A stretch of DNA of 64,000 nucleotides from Octopus vulgaris (lineage: Eukaryota). Where the stretch lies: assembly GCA_951406725.2 (NCBI GenBank), contig OX597831.1, positions 32,674,001-32,738,000 of the forward strand, in the 5' to 3' direction. How positions within the stretch are numbered: position 1 is the first letter of the stretch; every line of letters starts with the position of its first letter. Below the pieces are notes generated by a model that was given only the letters and a program-made list of their open reading frames with translations, had not been told where the DNA came from and searched no databases. Made by a program: the position numbers and the translations under genes. Below are positions 58,336 to 64,000 of the stretch, piece after piece.

Positions 58336-58374
58336 CAGAGACTAGTTTCAGAGTCATTGCTCATCATCAGTCTG
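58336..58374 (-). ncRNA. Minimal type I hammerhead ribozyme
   Basis: CAGA-CTGATGA-TGAGCAATGACTCT-GAAAC-TA-GTC-TCTG. Confidence 0.7.
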
Positions 58375-58503
58375 GAGTAGCATGGCTTGCTAGCTGTCGA
58401 TGCCTATCCGTCTTTGTAAATATATAGATTTCAAGTGAAATATATTCACTGATTTTCTAATCTCTAGTCATATACATTATTATTATTGGAAAAAATTCAA
58501 CGG

Positions 58504-58555
58504 CTTACAGCTGTTTCTGGAATATCCTAGTATATGGGACATTCCTTCATCAGAG
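58504..58555 (-). ncRNA. Minimal hammerhead ribozyme
   Basis: CT-CTGATGA-AGGAATGTCC..GGATATTCCA-GAAAC-AGCT-GTA-AG; stem I very short. Confidence 0.6.
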
Positions 58556-58629
58556 ATAAATAGGGAAAATGTAAAGGGTATATATTAATGAAGTGACGAC
58601 ACAGAGGAAGGGAGTAAAAGAATAAGGAA

Positions 58630-60425
<1,796 letters not shown>

Positions 60426-60532
60426 CATACATACATACATACATACATACATACATACATACATACAGGTACGCATGCATAACGACATACATACATATGA
60501 TCCAAGGCTCCTATGTTCAGAAAAGTTGTATC

Positions 60533-60606
60533 GTAACATGGGACTCCTTCATACGTAACATGGGACTCCTTCATACGTAACATGGGACTCCTTCATACGT
60601 AACATG
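60533..60606. repeat. 22-bp tandem repeat x3 (CGTAACATGGGACTCCTTCATA)
   Basis: Direct inspection. Confidence 0.9.
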
Positions 60607-60744
60607 ATTGTTATATGGAAATTAATGGACGCGAAAGTAAATTATAAATACTTCCCGCGTTACGGAAGTGCAGTGTACCGCCAAACATTTTAGGAACGCC
60701 AGATACTATAAGGCGGGAGACAGATACACTTACGCACACACAAC

Positions 60745-60814
<70 letters not shown>

Positions 60815-60997
60815 CACACACACGGTTAATATTTATATATACTGCTCCCCTGAATATGCGTACATAGATAATCAATGGGACCCTTATCTGCACAAAATAG
60901 TGTCCAGAAGAGAAACGTGGAAGTCAGCAACGCTATCTAGTGGCACTTGGTTGTAATTTCTGACACATTGGAGTTTGATTACACGGATGAGTGTTGA

Positions 60998-61041
<44 letters not shown>

Positions 61042-61621
61042 TGTATGTGTGTGTGTGTGTGTGTGTGCGTGTGTGTTGTGTGTGTGTGCGAATGTGTGTA
61101 TATACCTGCGGTGTATATAACTGTGTAGATGTGCGTTCCGCATAAGTTTGCTGCATGTGTATATAAGTGTAATATTCGTGTGACTGAGTGCACACATGTA
61201 TATATGTACACACACATGTATATATGCATGTATACACACACACGTGTGTATGTATGGATGTATATATATAAATGTATGTATATAGATATATATACATGTG
61301 TGTATATATATATATATAAATATAAATATATATATGTATGTATGCATGTATATATACATATGTCTGCATGTATGTATATATATATATATATGTATGTATA
61401 TACATACATATATATGTATATATATGTATGTATATTCATTCAAGCATAAAGTGGGCGTACGACTCTAAACACACACACACAGTTTTTATATTTGATGAAA
61501 TGCAGAGTGAGGTGGTGAGAGGGGAGCAAGAGGAGAAGGAGGAGAGACTTAAGCGGAGAAGAAAAGACGTACACAGACATATACATATGTATACAAATAC
61601 AGACTCAGATGCTTATATATG

Positions 61622-61674
<53 letters not shown>

Positions 61675-62137
61675 CATATATATACATACATACATTCAAG
61701 CATAGCTATCTATCTATATATACACACATATATATTTCGTTAAATAGCCAGAAAAAGTAACCGGTATTAGCTGTCATCGGAAAGAGAGAGAGAGAGGGGG
61801 GAGAGAAAAGGAGTGTGTGTGTGAGAGAAAGAGAAAGAGTGAGAGAGAAGGAGAGAGAGGGAGAGATAGAGGGAGGGAGGTAAAGCATTGAAAAACGAGA
61901 ACTCTGCGTTAAAACGAGTGGAGGTGGTGCTATTTTGAAATATTTTGACACTTTCGGATAAAACGGTTGGAAGTATCTAAAACGGAATCGAAGACATGAT
62001 CAGAACTAAGACGCAGATATATTCTGAAGTTAAGGAAGATTATCAGAGAGTCCCCTCAGGATTATAGAATATAACCATGCACATGGTAGTGATACATACA
62101 TGCATACATATTTTTTATATCATACATACGTATGTAC

Positions 62138-62240
<103 letters not shown>

Positions 62241-62258
62241 CATCCATCTATCTATCTA

Positions 62259-62981
62259 GCACACCAAGCTAATCCGTCATCAACCAAAAACCACTCAACA
62301 CCTGAAAAAATACCAACACCACCAACAACAGCAAAACCCAAAGGAACAGAAAAACAAAGAAAACACACACAAACTGATCCCCCATCCCTTATACCGCACT
62401 CAACACACACAAACACTCAACAACCAACAACAACGAAAACAACAACACAACCACTTACACAGACATACATAGAAGCCCACAACATACCCCTACCCCCTTC
62501 TGATTCCTCAGAAATTTCGTCGGAAGACGAAACCAGTGAGGAATGGCAAATAGCTACAAAAAGAAGGAAAATAAAGAGCAGAAACACAACCAAACCAAAT
62601 GCAAACACGAACAAAGCAGGGGGAAATACATCTCCCGAAGACATTTCAAAACCCAACGCAAACAACAGCCACACCAACACCACAAAAACATATACAGCAA
62701 ACATGCTCACAGCCATAGACACCAAAAACACAAATTTGATGGAATACATCCAATCAAAAACAAACATAACAGAAGATGACATAAAAACAAACAATCACCC
62801 ATACACAACACCACCAGACCACATCAAAATATTACACATCTCCAAAAGTCTGCACCACACACTCAAAGGCATTTTCCCCAGTGCGGTTGGTAAATGCCAA
62901 AAATATCTCACAAAGAAACTGTACTGGGATCTTCTCGAGGACAAACCAACGGAGGAGAAAGCAAAAACTTTCGAGCAGTAA
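62259..62981 (+). CDS. 5'-truncated ORF1 of a Tx1/L1-clade LINE
   Basis: A/C-rich open frame with EEWQIATKRRK, ending about 30 bp before ORF2; fused to a (TATC)n tract. Confidence 0.6.
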   Translation, partial: AHQANPSSTKNHSTPEKIPTPPTTAKPKGTEKQRKHTQTDPPSLIPHSTHTNTQQPTTTKTTTQPLTQTYIEAHNIPLPPSDSSEISSEDETSEEWQIATKRRKIKSRNTTKPNANTNKAGGNTSPEDISKPNANNSHTNTTKTYTANMLTAIDTKNTNLMEYIQSKTNITEDDIKTNNHPYTTPPDHIKILHISKSLHHTLKGIFPSAVGKCQKYLTKKLYWDLLEDKPTEEKAKTFEQ

Positions 62982-63012
62982 GTAACCCTCTGTATTCTAA
63001 TTCATTAGAACT

Positions 63013-64000
63013 ATGATCAAGATTGGTTGTGTAAATGCGCGTGGCTTGGGGTCCCCTTGGAAACAAGGGTACCTCTTAAATGACATAAAGTCACATAAGT
63101 TAGAAATCATAGCCATAAGCGAGACCAGACTCCACAATCCGCGGGCCCTAAAGACCATGTTTGGCGGACAGTTCAACATTTATTTTTCCCCCTGTCTGCC
63201 GAGAATGGGCGGTAGTGGCACCGCGGTACTTTTTCACAAGAGTCTGGATCTCAAAGTAAGGACAATATTCGTAGACCCGGAGGGTAGACTGGTCGTCCTG
63301 GATGTCGACGGCAGCAATGGGTGCGCTTTTCGACTCGTATCAGTTTACGCACCGCCCTTAACAGGTCGGGCGGATTTCTTTCAACGTCTAGAAGTTTTCT
63401 TGGGAACGTCTCGTCCTTTACTCTTAGTGGGGGATTGGAATGCTACCTTGGACACGCATGTAGACTACGTGGGTAGAGATAGGAATAGACGGGGATGCAA
63501 ATGCCTCAGAGACCTGCTCAGACGCTTTCAACTGTCTGACAGGTTCCGACTAGACCACCCGAATGCGCCAACGTGGACATGGAGCAACCGCATCGGGTCG
63601 TCGAGATCGTATCTAGATAGGATACTGTGTAGGACAGTAGATAGAGATAGCATAGGATGTCCACAATTCCACATAGTCAGCTACACGGATCACAAACTTG
63701 TGACATGTACGCTAGACTTAGGTAAGACACTTAGGCAGGGTCCCGGATACTGGAAACTAAACGCGTCTTTCCCATCGAGACAAGTTTTCAGAGACCGGAT
63801 TAGCACACTAGTAAAGAGGGCTTTGACGGGAGCCATCATCAACAACAAATGGTGGTTTGCCCTCAAGAGAGCAGTAAAAGCAGAAGCGATTAGGTACAGC
63901 AAAGCACTAGCCATAGATAGAAATAGAGTAGAGGGTGAGCTAGTTAAGAAGCTAGAAGAGGCAATTAGAAGCGGCATCGCATCCGACGTTTTGGCGGCGA
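63013..64000 (+). CDS. Tx1/L1-clade ORF2, AP-endonuclease domain; open to the window end (absent from the ORF track)
   Basis: Manual translation: MIKIGCVNARGL..AISETRL..GTAVLF..EGRLV..VSVYAP..VGDWNA..WTW..SYLDRIL..TDHKLV..GPGYWKLN; no stop codon. Confidence 0.93.
   Translation, partial: MIKIGCVNARGLGSPWKQGYLLNDIKSHKLEIIAISETRLHNPRALKTMFGGQFNIYFSPCLPRMGGSGTAVLFHKSLDLKVRTIFVDPEGRLVVLDVDGSNGCAFRLVSVYAPPLTGRADFFQRLEVFLGTSRPLLLVGDWNATLDTHVDYVGRDRNRRGCKCLRDLLRRFQLSDRFRLDHPNAPTWTWSNRIGSSRSYLDRILCRTVDRDSIGCPQFHIVSYTDHKLVTCTLDLGKTLRQGPGYWKLNASFPSRQVFRDRISTLVKRALTGAIINNKWWFALKRAVKAEAIRYSKALAIDRNRVEGELVKKLEEAIRSGIASDVLAA

Overview
Animal genomic DNA with no supportable host protein-coding gene. The microsatellite density and tRNA-derived SINE families suggest an octopus/coleoid cephalopod genome (inference). 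Almost all ORFs in the track are artefacts of (TA)n, (CA)n, (TATC)n, (TAA)n and (GAT)n tracts. The real content is transposons: several R4/Dong-type (RT + restriction-like endonuclease) relics in TAA/GAT tracts; two 556-bp non-coding elements with identical ends in (TAA)n; a full-length decayed mariner and MITEs; non-autonomous Helitrons and a Helitron PIF1 helicase relic; RTE/CR1-type LINE pieces; many SINEs; a Neptune-type Penelope element with an inverted pLTR; and a Tx1/L1-clade LINE whose ORF2 endonuclease frame is open to the window end. The most interesting signals are (i) multiple type-I hammerhead ribozyme motifs, some inside long foldback palindromes, (ii) the 556-bp TAA-embedded element that follows R4/Dong 3' ends, and (iii) apparent sorting of retroelement classes by microsatellite motif, including Tx1 sequence in (TATC)n. 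Coordinates were read by eye and may be off by a few bases.
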